DNA of 64,000 bases from Chloroflexota bacterium (lineage in GTDB: Bacteria > Chloroflexota > Anaerolineae > UBA1429), in contig DAIPBO010000015.1 in the NCBI GenBank assembly GCA_036774405.1, forward strand, positions 4,497-68,496. The letters are read 5' to 3'. Below the pieces are notes generated by a model. It saw nothing but the letters and a program-made list of their open reading frames with translations. It ran no database searches and was not told the DNA's origin. Positions within the stretch are counted from its first letter, which is position 1. Each line of letters opens with the position of its first letter. Both the position numbers and the translations under genes were made by a program. Below are positions 20,453-30,118 of the stretch, one piece after another.

Positions 20453-22129
20453 ATGTCACAGTCAGAGATTGATGACCAGGCCCGGCCGGCATCGCCAACC
20501 CAGCTCATGCCTTGTGGCGCCGCGCTATCGGGGGCCGAGGCACTGGCCTGGGGCGTTTGCGCCGCCAAAGTGGGCCTGATGACGGGCTATCCGGGGGCGC
20601 CAGCCACCGAGGTCTATGACGCCGTGATGGCTCGTACCCAGAGAGACCTGTCTGCCTACTGGGCGCCCAACGAGAAGGCGGCTGTCGAGGTAGCGCTGGG
20701 CGCCTCGCTGGCGGGCATGCGCGCCCTGGTGGTGCTCAAGAGCGTTGGCCTCAATGTGGCTCTCGACCCGTTGGCCACGGCCGCCTACAGTGGCTGCCAT
20801 GCAGGGCTGGTCATCCTGCTGGGAGACGATCCAGGCGGCTGGAGCTCGCAGAATGAGCAAGACAGCCGCTGGCTCGCCCGTGCTGCCGAGCTGCCGCTCG
20901 TCGAGCCGATCGACGGCGATAATGCCGCCTCATTCATGGTGCAGGCTTTTGCCTGGTCTGAGGCCATCGGTCTGCCGGTGATCGTGCGGGTGACGCCCAG
21001 CCTGGTGGGCCGGCGCTGCGTGGCGGCGCCGCCCTGGGAGTTGCCCCCCTCTCACAAGCAGTTCGCCCATCGAGAGAACCGCTGGGTGGTGCTACCGGCC
21101 ACGGTGGTGGCGCGTCGGCGCACACTGCACCGCAAGCTACGGCTGATGCGCCACAGTTTAGAGGCCTCGCCTTATGATCGTGCCACGTTACGTGGCTCTC
21201 TCGGCGTCCTCGCGGTCGGCGCCGCCTATGCCAAGGTTGTTGATCTGCTGGGCGACGCCGAAAGAGATTGTAGCCTGCTCGGGCTGACCAGTGTGCACCC
21301 CCTGCCCGAAGAGGCGCTCAAGCTGTGGCTGGGCCACTGCAGCCGGGTGCTCGTGCTCGAAGAGGGCGGCCCCTTTGTCGAGCATGGCCTGCGTGCTCTG
21401 GCCCAGAGGGCGCACCTGCGCACCCAGATCGCTGGTCGCCAAGACCACGTGCTACCCGAAGAGGGGGAGCTTTCCGGCCGCGATATCGCCATGGCGCTGC
21501 GCCGGCTAGACCCGTCAATCGCCTTGCCCGTGCCCGAAACGCTGGCCCGCGAGATGCCCAGCACCGCCGGGCTGTGCCCCCAGTGCCTCTATGCGCCTGC
21601 CTTTGCGGCGCTGGCTGCGGCGATGCACCGCACGGGCGGGAGACGACGCTATCTGGTGACGGGTGAGACGGGCTGCATGGTGCGTGCTCACGGCTCGGCG
21701 GTGAGGCTAGACGTCAAGTTATCGCTGGGGGCTTCGCTGGGATTGGCTCTGGGTCTGGCCGAAGCGACCGAGCGACAGCGTGTGGTGGCCCTCGTGGGAG
21801 ACTCGAGCTTTTTCCACTCAGAGGTGACTGCGCTGCCTCTGGTCATCGATCGTGGGCTCGACCTGACGGTGGTGGTGCTCGATAATGGCCTCACCGGCTT
21901 GACGGGCGGCCAGCCGCACCCTGGCAGTGCGCCACAGGGCCGGCCCACACGGCTGGTGGACTGTTGCCGCGCCATGGGCATCGAGCCGACGGTGGTGGTG
22001 ATGGCCAGCGACGGCCAACAGGCGCTTGAGAGCACGCTGGCCACGGCCCTGACGCAACCAGGGGTGCGAATGGTGGTGCTGGAGGCGCCGTGCCCCCGCT
22101 ATAACCCACTCGAGGTGGAGCGATTATGA
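20453..22129 (+). CDS. Indolepyruvate:ferredoxin oxidoreductase alpha-subunit (IorA)-like TPP enzyme, no C-terminal ferredoxin
   Basis: LSGAEALAWG, TGYPGAPATE, NEKAAVEVALGASLAG, KSVGLNVALD, GDDPGGWSSQNEQDSR, LCPQC, GDSSFFHS, LDNGLTGLTGGQPHPG; RBS AGGAGG. Confidence 0.85.
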   Translation: MSQSEIDDQARPASPTQLMPCGAALSGAEALAWGVCAAKVGLMTGYPGAPATEVYDAVMARTQRDLSAYWAPNEKAAVEVALGASLAGMRALVVLKSVGLNVALDPLATAAYSGCHAGLVILLGDDPGGWSSQNEQDSRWLARAAELPLVEPIDGDNAASFMVQAFAWSEAIGLPVIVRVTPSLVGRRCVAAPPWELPPSHKQFAHRENRWVVLPATVVARRRTLHRKLRLMRHSLEASPYDRATLRGSLGVLAVGAAYAKVVDLLGDAERDCSLLGLTSVHPLPEEALKLWLGHCSRVLVLEEGGPFVEHGLRALAQRAHLRTQIAGRQDHVLPEEGELSGRDIAMALRRLDPSIALPVPETLAREMPSTAGLCPQCLYAPAFAALAAAMHRTGGRRRYLVTGETGCMVRAHGSAVRLDVKLSLGASLGLALGLAEATERQRVVALVGDSSFFHSEVTALPLVIDRGLDLTVVVLDNGLTGLTGGQPHPGSAPQGRPTRLVDCCRAMGIEPTVVVMASDGQQALESTLATALTQPGVRMVVLEAPCPRYNPLEVERL

Positions 22130-23370
22130 GGTTCATACATGCAGCCGACATTCATCTGGGCTATAGCCAGTATGGCGAACGAGAGCGCTATAACGACTTT
22201 GCACGCGCCTTCTTGGGGTTGGTCGATGCCGCCATCGCTGCCGAGGTCGACTTTGTGTTGTTGGCCGGCGACCTATTCGATGCACGCGATATCGACCCGC
22301 GCACGTTGTTGGTGGCTGTCCGCGGCCTCGAGCGGCTGGCCGAAAGGGCAATCCCTGTACTGGCGATCGAGGGCAACCACGAGCGCGGTCATTGGCACGA
22401 TGCCTTTTCGTGGCTTCACTACCTGGCGCAAATGGGGCTCTTGATCAACCTATCGCCCTGGTTCGAGGGCCAGCGACTGGTGCTCGCACCGTATGATCGG
22501 CAGGCGGCCCAAGGCGCCTACTATGACCTGCCCGGTAACGTACGTGTCTATGGCTGCCGTTACTATGGCGCCAGCACCGCGGCCATGGTGGGGCAGCTGG
22601 CTGCGGCACTGCAAGAGCAGCCAGAGCGTCCGCCCTATGCGATCATGATGCTGCACGCCGGTGTTGAGAACGTCCTGCCAGGGTTCGGCGGCCTCAGCCA
22701 CGCGCAACTCGCGCCCCTGAGGTCATCGATCGACTATGTGGCGCTGGGGCACATCCACAAGCCTTTTGAGCACAATGGCTGGCTGTACAACCCCGGCTCC
22801 CTCGAGACCAACAGCATGACAGAGGCCGACTGGCCTGAGCGCGGCCACTACCTGGTCGAGATCGACCTTGAACAACGCAGTCATACGGCACAACTGGTGC
22901 CCGGCGCCCGCCGTGAGTTTGTGCGGCTCAATCATGACCTGACGCCCTATGGAACGCCGACTGAGGTCGAGCGGCAGGTGGGTGCCTACATTGCGGCCGA
23001 GGCCCAGAGACGGCGATGTGAAAGGCCGGTGGTAGAGCTGACGCTGACCGGCAGTCTGGGTTTTGCTCCGGGTGATCTGCCGCTTGAGGTGTTGCGCCTG
23101 ACCATCCAAACACACTTTGACGCCCTGTTGGCTCGTATCAACAATCGCGCTGTGCCACCGGGTGACCCCCCTCCGCCGCCAGGCATCAACGTCGAGCGAC
23201 ATGTGCTGCAGCAACTGATCGAGCGCGACAACCGCTTGTGCGCCAACAGCGAGTTCTGGACCGACACGGTGCTGCAGTTCAAAGAGATGGCGCTGCGGCA
23301 CGAGGCGCCCGAGCGGATCGTGGCGCAGGTGCGCGATCTTTTGGCGCAGTATGGCGAGGAGTTGGGCTGA
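22126..23370 (+). CDS. sbcD: Mre11/SbcD metallophosphoesterase nuclease
   Basis: ADIHLG, AGDLFD, GNHE, MLH, LGHIH, NPGSLE. Confidence 0.93.
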   Translation: MRFIHAADIHLGYSQYGERERYNDFARAFLGLVDAAIAAEVDFVLLAGDLFDARDIDPRTLLVAVRGLERLAERAIPVLAIEGNHERGHWHDAFSWLHYLAQMGLLINLSPWFEGQRLVLAPYDRQAAQGAYYDLPGNVRVYGCRYYGASTAAMVGQLAAALQEQPERPPYAIMMLHAGVENVLPGFGGLSHAQLAPLRSSIDYVALGHIHKPFEHNGWLYNPGSLETNSMTEADWPERGHYLVEIDLEQRSHTAQLVPGARREFVRLNHDLTPYGTPTEVERQVGAYIAAEAQRRRCERPVVELTLTGSLGFAPGDLPLEVLRLTIQTHFDALLARINNRAVPPGDPPPPPGINVERHVLQQLIERDNRLCANSEFWTDTVLQFKEMALRHEAPERIVAQVRDLLAQYGEELG

Positions 23371-26087
23371 TGCAGATCATCCGCGTGTCGTTGGAGAACT
23401 TTCGCAGCTATCGAGAGGGGCTGGTCGACTTTGTGCCAGGCGTGAACGCTATCGTGGGCGCCAACGGTGCGGGCAAGAGCACGGTGCTTGGGGCCATTGG
23501 GCTGGCGCTGTTCAACGCTCGTCCGCCGTCGATTCACAACGAGGGCCTGGTGCGTGAGGGCGCCAACAGCGCCACGGTGACGGTCGAGTTCGAGTCGACG
23601 CTGGATGAGCGCCGCTACGAGGTCGAGCGACGATTGGGGACGAATGCCCGCTTTCGCGTGTACGATATCGAGATGGGTAAGGCCGTGGTGGCCGAGGGCG
23701 TGGCCGATGTCGAGGGCTGGCTGCGCCAGCATCTGGGTGTGCCGGCTGACGGGAGCTTGTCAGATCTGTTCGAGAACACCATCGGTGTGTACCAGGGCAC
23801 CTTCACCGCTCCCTTTTTGCTGCCAGCGGCGCAACGCAAGGGCATCTTTGACCCGCTGCTGCGGGTTGACGAGTACAAGCGCGCCAGTGACCAGCTGAGA
23901 GAGCCGATCAAACTGCTGAGGGACGAGGATCGTATTCTGAGCCAGAATCAAGGCTTGAACGAGGGGATGATATCGGCACTGCCCGATCTGCGCAGCCGGC
24001 GAGAGTTGCTGGATGCGAGCCTGGCAGCGAACCGCAAGGCTCTTGCTGCAGCGCATCAAGCGTTGGGTGAGGCAAACGAACGCTTGGACCTGTTCAGGGC
24101 ACGCGAGGCGGCGGCGGCGCAGGCTCAGAAAGCCCGGGATCTTGCTCACAGCGTGGTCGAAGGCACGCAACAGCGACTCGGCGACGCTAACACAGCCCTG
24201 CTGCGTGCCCGGGCGGCGAGCGAGCGGATCGCGGCGACCGCCCCTGGGCACCAGCGGTACGTCAAGGCTGAACAGCACCGCGCTCAGCTCGAGGCAAGGC
24301 GTAAGGGCCGCGAGCTGGCCCAGGTGGAGCTAGCGCGCGTGGAAGAGAGCCTGGCTGCAGAGCGCGCCAATGTCAAGAGGTATCGTGATGGTTTGGAGCG
24401 GCTCGCTGACCAAGGGCGGCGAGCGCGCGAGCTTGAACCCCTCGCCCAGCGGCAGTGCGATCTGCAGGCCGCGCTAGAAGAGGCTCAAGAACGCGTTCGG
24501 CAGCGCCAGAGCGCTATCGAGCGGGGCGACGACCTTCGGCGGCAGATCGACGACCAGCACGAGCAGGTCAAGAACCTTGCCGCCCAGGTGGCTGAGGGCC
24601 AGCGGCTCGACGCTAAGCGAGCGATGACGCAGGCCCGTCTCGACGCGCTGCAGCACGATGCCGGGCAGCGGCAACTGCTGCTGGGGCAATTGCGCGCGCA
24701 GCAGGCCCAGCTGCGCAAGCAGCTCACCGATCTCGATGCGGCCGAGGGCGCGCAGTGTCCGCTGTGCGAGGCGCCGCTCACAGAGGAGCATCGCGCCGAG
24801 TTGCTCGAGCGTAACGGCGCGGCCATCGCCGCGCTCGAGGCCGAACTCGTGGCGCTCGACTCTGCCGCGCAAGAGTCTGACAGCGAGCGTTCCAGGCTGC
24901 GCGCCGACCTGGACGAGCTGGACGCGCTCCGACGCACCCTGGCCGGCCCGGCGCAAGTGCAGGCCGCAGAGCGGTTGCTGAGTGACTTGCAGCACCGCGC
25001 CCTGGAGCTGCAGGAGCAGGTGGCCGCCCGGGGCACGCCAGAAGAGGATGTCCGTCAAGCGCAAGAGGCACTCGCTGCCCTCGGCGACCCGGAGCAGGAG
25101 CTGGCCATTTGCCGCAGGGATCTGGAGCAGCTGCCTGCCGCCCAGGAGGCTCTGGAAAAGGGCGTAGCCGCCGTCGCAGCTCTGGAGGCACAGCAACGTG
25201 AGGCCGTCGCCGCTGTGGCCAACTTTGCCGGTAACGATGAGCGCCTGGCCGACGTAGAGCGAACGCTGGAAGAGAACCGCGCTGACTATGATGCCTACGT
25301 CGGTAGCCAGAACGAAGCAGGCCAACTCGAGCAGAGCGCCCAGAGGGTCAGTGAACTCGACCAGCGCCTCAGCGAGGCGCTGGCGCAACTCGCTACGGCT
25401 GAGGCCGATCTGGCAGCGGCCACTCGCGGCTTTGACCCCGACCAGCTGGCGCGGGCGCACGCCGAGGTGCTCTCTGGCAGTCAGCGCGTCGCGGCGCTCG
25501 AGGCCACGATAGCGGGTGAGGCCAGGTCGCTGGAGGAGACCATCACCAGTATCGAGCGGCTCGAGGCCAAAGAACGCGAGCTTGAGCAGATCACCCTGGA
25601 GCGCAAGCGCCTGGCAGATGCAGGCGCCTTTATCGATTGGGTGCGTACCCACCTGACCGAGGCTGGCCCACTGGTCACACAGCAGTTGGTGCGGCGCATC
25701 TCGGCCGACGCCGCCAGCCTGTTTAGTGAGCTGATGGATAACTACTCGGCGCGCCTGGCCTGGGACGAGAGCTATGCCCTGACGTTGGACGTGGCCGGCC
25801 GGGAGCGCGATTTTGCCCAACTCTCGGGTGGTGAGCAGATGTGCGCGGCCTTGGCCCTGCGGCTGGCGCTACTGCGCAACCTGTCGGGTATCGACGTCGC
25901 CTTTTTCGACGAGCCCACCGCCCATCTCGACGCCGAACGACGGGCACTGTTGGCTCATACCCTCACGCAAGTGCAGGGCTTTGAGCAGATCTTTGTCATC
26001 AGCCACGACAGCACCTTTGAACAGGCGGCCCAGGCCAATTTCGAGGTGACCAAAGACGGCAACGAAAGCCGCATCGCGAGGATCTAG
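23370..26087 (+). CDS. sbcC: Rad50/SbcC SMC-family ATPase with zinc hook
   Basis: LENFRSY, Walker A GANGAGKS, Q-loop YQG, long coiled coil with central CPLC, signature LSGGE, Walker B FFDEPT, ISH. Confidence 0.94.
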   Translation: MQIIRVSLENFRSYREGLVDFVPGVNAIVGANGAGKSTVLGAIGLALFNARPPSIHNEGLVREGANSATVTVEFESTLDERRYEVERRLGTNARFRVYDIEMGKAVVAEGVADVEGWLRQHLGVPADGSLSDLFENTIGVYQGTFTAPFLLPAAQRKGIFDPLLRVDEYKRASDQLREPIKLLRDEDRILSQNQGLNEGMISALPDLRSRRELLDASLAANRKALAAAHQALGEANERLDLFRAREAAAAQAQKARDLAHSVVEGTQQRLGDANTALLRARAASERIAATAPGHQRYVKAEQHRAQLEARRKGRELAQVELARVEESLAAERANVKRYRDGLERLADQGRRARELEPLAQRQCDLQAALEEAQERVRQRQSAIERGDDLRRQIDDQHEQVKNLAAQVAEGQRLDAKRAMTQARLDALQHDAGQRQLLLGQLRAQQAQLRKQLTDLDAAEGAQCPLCEAPLTEEHRAELLERNGAAIAALEAELVALDSAAQESDSERSRLRADLDELDALRRTLAGPAQVQAAERLLSDLQHRALELQEQVAARGTPEEDVRQAQEALAALGDPEQELAICRRDLEQLPAAQEALEKGVAAVAALEAQQREAVAAVANFAGNDERLADVERTLEENRADYDAYVGSQNEAGQLEQSAQRVSELDQRLSEALAQLATAEADLAAATRGFDPDQLARAHAEVLSGSQRVAALEATIAGEARSLEETITSIERLEAKERELEQITLERKRLADAGAFIDWVRTHLTEAGPLVTQQLVRRISADAASLFSELMDNYSARLAWDESYALTLDVAGRERDFAQLSGGEQMCAALALRLALLRNLSGIDVAFFDEPTAHLDAERRALLAHTLTQVQGFEQIFVISHDSTFEQAAQANFEVTKDGNESRIARI

Positions 26088-26089
26088 CT

Positions 26090-27268
26090 GTGCTATCACG
26101 AACGCATGTATTGCGTGCCCTGGCTGAGGCGGCCAACGCCTTTGGCGTATACGAAGCTCGCGCCAGCGAACAGGCCCAGCGCTATGGCGAGCTGCTACGG
26201 CGTTATCAAGCGCTTTCAGCCGAGCAGGTGCGAACAGCGGTGCAGGGCGTGCCGCAGCCAGGCGCTCTGCCTACCGCTGAGCGAGTCGCAGGTCGAGCAG
26301 CTACGCTATCCTTTGGCGCGCGCTGGACCGATCATCGCCAGGCTCGCACGTGGGCGCGAGAGCGTCTTGAGGGCGTACTCACCATCGCCGTCGACGGCTC
26401 GCAGATCACGCCCGATCCGGCTTTTTCGATCCCGCTGGGCGCCATCCAGATCGGCTGGTTTGAGAACCCGCACTGTGGCGCCGAGCGCTATGTCAAAGAC
26501 ATCGCCTTTGAGCTCGTCACGCCGCAAGACCTGGCTGCGCCCACGGGCAACCCCTTCAGCTTTCCCGAGCAGCTGGTGGGGTTGCGACGTTTTGAGCGCG
26601 AGTGCGCTCAGCTTCAGGAGTTGATGTATCGTGCCGCTGACACAGGCCGCGAGACGCTCGCTCTGCTCGATGGGTCGTTCATCATTTCGTTCGCAACGCA
26701 GGTGGCGCCCGAGCTGCAGCTGCGCTACGCCCGTGCTGCCCAGGCCGTGCTGCGCTGCAGCCATGAGACGGGCGTGCCCGTGGTAGGCTACGTAGACAGC
26801 TCGGCCGCACGCGATGTGACCAACCTCTTGCGCTACCTGGGCGGCGAGGCTGACGAGCCACAGATCAGCGATGCCCATCTGCTGTCTGCCGGCATGCGGT
26901 GGGGAGATCGCAGCGAGTTCTGGGTGTGCGCTCGCGCCGACAGGTTCGTCGATGAAGCGTTGACGGCCCACTATGCCGATGTCTGCATGTGCTATCTCAA
27001 GGCAACGTCGCATCTGCCGCCAGCCCGCGTCGAGCTGCCCCGCTGGTTAGTAGAGCAGGGTGGGGCCGAGCGCGCGCTCGACCTGCTGCGCGCCGAATGC
27101 ATCGTTGGCCTGGGCTATCCCTATGCTATCGAGACGGCCGACGCGCTGGCTGTGATCACCATGCAAGACCGCGAGCGCTTTTATGCGCTGGTGCAGGCGC
27201 ACCTGGCTGAACAGGGTGTGCCGCTGCGTTATGCCCGCAAGGCCGCCAGCAAGCGCGTGCGCCGCTAA
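26090..27268 (+). CDS. nurA: NurA 5'-3' nuclease
   Basis: IAVDGSQ, LLDGS, GYVDSS, RVELPRW, GYPYAIETAD..AVI; directly upstream of herA. Confidence 0.88.
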   Translation: MLSRTHVLRALAEAANAFGVYEARASEQAQRYGELLRRYQALSAEQVRTAVQGVPQPGALPTAERVAGRAATLSFGARWTDHRQARTWARERLEGVLTIAVDGSQITPDPAFSIPLGAIQIGWFENPHCGAERYVKDIAFELVTPQDLAAPTGNPFSFPEQLVGLRRFERECAQLQELMYRAADTGRETLALLDGSFIISFATQVAPELQLRYARAAQAVLRCSHETGVPVVGYVDSSAARDVTNLLRYLGGEADEPQISDAHLLSAGMRWGDRSEFWVCARADRFVDEALTAHYADVCMCYLKATSHLPPARVELPRWLVEQGGAERALDLLRAECIVGLGYPYAIETADALAVITMQDRERFYALVQAHLAEQGVPLRYARKAASKRVRR

Positions 27269-27282
27269 GAGAGGGAGAGGAT

Positions 27283-27873
27283 ATGGAGCTAGGTCGAATC
27301 GTACACTCCAACTCGCATGTCGACTATGTCTGTCAGATCGCGCAGCGGACTGAGACCCCGCAGACGCCAGAGCCGACGCACTATGCCTTTGGCACGTTGG
27401 TGGGGCTCGAAGGCGCCGCGGGCACGTTAGTGGGGCTGATCTATGACACACGGTTGGTCAATCCCGAGTTTGGCAACCTGGGCCCGCGCCTCTCGCCCCG
27501 CGAAGAGCTGCTCTCCTTCTCGCCCGACTATTTGGCCGAGACGGCCACGTTGGTGGGCATCTTGGCCATTGGCCTGTTGAGGCCAGGCGGCGAGAGTCAA
27601 CAGGGCGTGCCCACCATTGCCGTTGAGGTGGGCACGTCGGTGCGCACCCTGTCAGATGGCGAGATCGTCGGCTTTCACCGCCCTGGCGGCCGGCTCCGGG
27701 TGGCCTATCTGCCACAGGTGCTGGCACACGGGCCCCTCGGCCTGGCGTTGGCACAGCGGATGCTGGCGCAGCTCGAGCTGTTGCTGCCCGACGATCGTGG
27801 TCGTCTGCAGGTGCTGGCCTCTACGGTGGGCTGGCGCGCGGCGGTGGGGGGCATCCAGGAGGGGAGGCGATGA
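27283..27873 (+). CDS. Stand-alone HAS-barrel protein
   Basis: LGRIVHSNSHVDYVCQI, FGTLV, VGLIYDTRL, GPRLS, FSPDY..E; located between nurA and herA. Confidence 0.72.
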   Translation: MELGRIVHSNSHVDYVCQIAQRTETPQTPEPTHYAFGTLVGLEGAAGTLVGLIYDTRLVNPEFGNLGPRLSPREELLSFSPDYLAETATLVGILAIGLLRPGGESQQGVPTIAVEVGTSVRTLSDGEIVGFHRPGGRLRVAYLPQVLAHGPLGLALAQRMLAQLELLLPDDRGRLQVLASTVGWRAAVGGIQEGRR

Positions 27874-29540
27874 TGCAGCACGACGTGACGATTGGCGTAT
27901 GCAAAGGGCCCGGCGAGACGCCACACGAGTTTCTGTTTGTGACCACCGACCCCGAGCTGCGCGTCAAAACCGGCGAGTTCGTCTACTATGATGCCCTTAT
28001 CGACGGCGCCGAGCGGCACATTCTGGCGCGGGTGACGACACGGCAGCAGGTGCGCGCCTACCCTGACACATTGTTGGCCGACCCCGCCATCGACCCGGCC
28101 GAGATGGCTGCCCTGCTGGGCTTTGATGGCGAACACGGTGAGCTCTTGCAGATCACCGCGGCGGTGGTGGGCTATTACGATCGCGTGCTGGGCTTTGTCA
28201 ACCCGCGTATTCCGCCGCGCACCGGTGCGCCTATCCGCATTGCCCCCGACGAGATGCTCTCGCAAGTGTTGTGCAAGCTCGAGCCCGAGGCGGTGGGCGC
28301 GGTGCACATCGGCTCGCTGCTGAACCGGCCGCTGGGCGCGGTGCCCGCCGTGCTCGACGCTAGAGGTTTCACCAGCACGCACCTGGCCATCATCGCCTCT
28401 ACCGGCGCCGGCAAGAGCTACCTGGCCGGCGTGATGCTCGAAGAGCTGTTGCGGCCCCATAACCGCGCGGCCGTGCTGATTATCGACCCGCACGCCGAGT
28501 ATGACACCCTGGCAGCAATGCAGGGCCACCCTGCCTTCAGGGCGCCCGGCTACGAGGCACGGGTGAGCATCAAGCGGCCCGATAGCATCCGCGTACGCTT
28601 TAGCTCGCTCACCCTGGGCGATCTACGATATCTGCTGTCGAACCTGTCAGAGCGCATGCACTATCTGCTCGGGCGCGCCTATGGGGCGGTGCAGCGCAAG
28701 CATGGCGAGAGATGGACCCATCAGCACCTGCTGGTTGAGGTTCGCCAGGGGCTAGATGGTAAGCCGGTCACCGACCCGGACGAAACCAGGGAAGAAGACC
28801 CCACGGTTGGCGGCCTTATCTGGCGCATCAACAACCTGCGCGCTCAGTCGCGTATCTTTGACGACCATGAGAGCATGGCCCTCGACGACCTGCTCGAGCC
28901 GGGCAAGTGCACCGTGCTGCAGCTCAATGAGGTGTCAGAGCGCGAACAGCAGATTGTGGTGGCCACGCTGTTGCGGCGCATTAACCAGGCGCGTATGGAC
29001 ACGGTGCGTGGCCGCGCCAACCGCGGCGACGAGCTCTATCTGCCCTATCCGGTGTTCGTGCTCATCGAGGAGGCGCATAACTTTGCGCCGGCCGGCACCG
29101 AGATCGTCACGACGCAGATTCTCAAGCAGATTCTGGCCGAGGGGCGCAAGTTCGGCGTGTCGGTGGGGCTCATCAGCCAGCGGCCTGGCAAGCTCGATAG
29201 TGACGTGCTGTCGCAATGCATGACGCAATGCATCATGCGAATCGTCAACCCGGTGGACCAGGCGCGCGTGGCTGAGAGCGTCGAATCCGTCGGGCGCGAC
29301 CTGCTGCTCGAGCTGCCGGCCCTGAGCCGTGGCCAGGTGATTGTATCAGGGGTGTCGGTCAACACGCCCATCCTGGTGCGGGTGAGAGAACGCCTCACAC
29401 CGCATGGCGCCGAGGACCCCAACGCACCAGAGCAGTGGCAGCACTATTTTGCAGAGCAGAGCGCCGCGCAACGTGCCCGCGATCAGGCCATCTGGCAAGA
29501 CCCGCCGCCCAAACGCGGCGATGATCTGCTGTTCCGCTAG
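27870..29540 (+). CDS. herA: HerA ATPase/translocase (HAS barrel + FtsK-HerA domain)
   Basis: N-terminal barrel; HLAIIASTGAGKS, IIDPHAEY, VLIEEAHNF, EGRKFG, ISQRPGKLD. Confidence 0.93.
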   Translation: MMQHDVTIGVCKGPGETPHEFLFVTTDPELRVKTGEFVYYDALIDGAERHILARVTTRQQVRAYPDTLLADPAIDPAEMAALLGFDGEHGELLQITAAVVGYYDRVLGFVNPRIPPRTGAPIRIAPDEMLSQVLCKLEPEAVGAVHIGSLLNRPLGAVPAVLDARGFTSTHLAIIASTGAGKSYLAGVMLEELLRPHNRAAVLIIDPHAEYDTLAAMQGHPAFRAPGYEARVSIKRPDSIRVRFSSLTLGDLRYLLSNLSERMHYLLGRAYGAVQRKHGERWTHQHLLVEVRQGLDGKPVTDPDETREEDPTVGGLIWRINNLRAQSRIFDDHESMALDDLLEPGKCTVLQLNEVSEREQQIVVATLLRRINQARMDTVRGRANRGDELYLPYPVFVLIEEAHNFAPAGTEIVTTQILKQILAEGRKFGVSVGLISQRPGKLDSDVLSQCMTQCIMRIVNPVDQARVAESVESVGRDLLLELPALSRGQVIVSGVSVNTPILVRVRERLTPHGAEDPNAPEQWQHYFAEQSAAQRARDQAIWQDPPPKRGDDLLFR

Positions 29541-30082
29541 TCTGCGTGGGGGCTGGGCCCTGAACCGTTTTTGGGCGGCGCCTCGGCGACGGTGTCGAGA
29601 ACGACCTCTGCGCTGGCTACAGCCTGCAGACGGGTGTTATGCCGCTCTTGCAGGTGAGAGATGCCGTTTTCGACGACGCGTTGCAGGCGGGTGAGGTGTC
29701 GGCCAAGGCTGTGCAGTTCGCCCGCCGCATAGGCCTCGGCCTGGTCGATGATGCCGGCGGCCTCGGCCTCGGCGCTGGTCACCAGGGCTGTCGCTTGCGC
29801 CTCGGCCTCGCGCAGGACACTGCTTTCGCTGATCAGCCTGGCTGCCTGCGACTGGGCCTTGGCGACGATCTCTTCAGCTTCGGCTGTGGCCAAATCGAGC
29901 ACGCGGTCGCGCTCGCGCTCCAGCTCTGCGGCACGTTGAATCTCCTGGGGAATCGCGATGCGCATTTGATCGATGATGTTGAGCACGGCATTGCGTTCGA
30001 CCAACATGCGGTCGGCCAGGGGGATGCGCCGCCCTCTCTCAATAATCTCATCCAAACGGTCAACCAGCTCTCGTATATCGAT
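29537..30082 (-). CDS. Conserved coiled-coil protein downstream of coaD (often annotated 'ATPase'/DivIVA-like)
   Basis: IDIRELVDRLDEII...IIDQMRIAIPQEIQRA...A..EA repeats. The only canonical start is TTG at 30055; ATC at 30082 has a better RBS. Confidence 0.75.
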   Translation of the reverse strand: MDIRELVDRLDEIIERGRRIPLADRMLVERNAVLNIIDQMRIAIPQEIQRAAELERERDRVLDLATAEAEEIVAKAQSQAARLISESSVLREAEAQATALVTSAEAEAAGIIDQAEAYAAGELHSLGRHLTRLQRVVENGISHLQERHNTRLQAVASAEVVLDTVAEAPPKNGSGPSPHAD

Positions 30083-30118
30083 GTCGCCACCCCCTTGTAT
30101 CGGCCACCGCCAGCTGTG

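Noticed and set aside
24474-25820. 448-aa minus-strand ORF
   Set aside because: Shadow of the sbcC coiled-coil region
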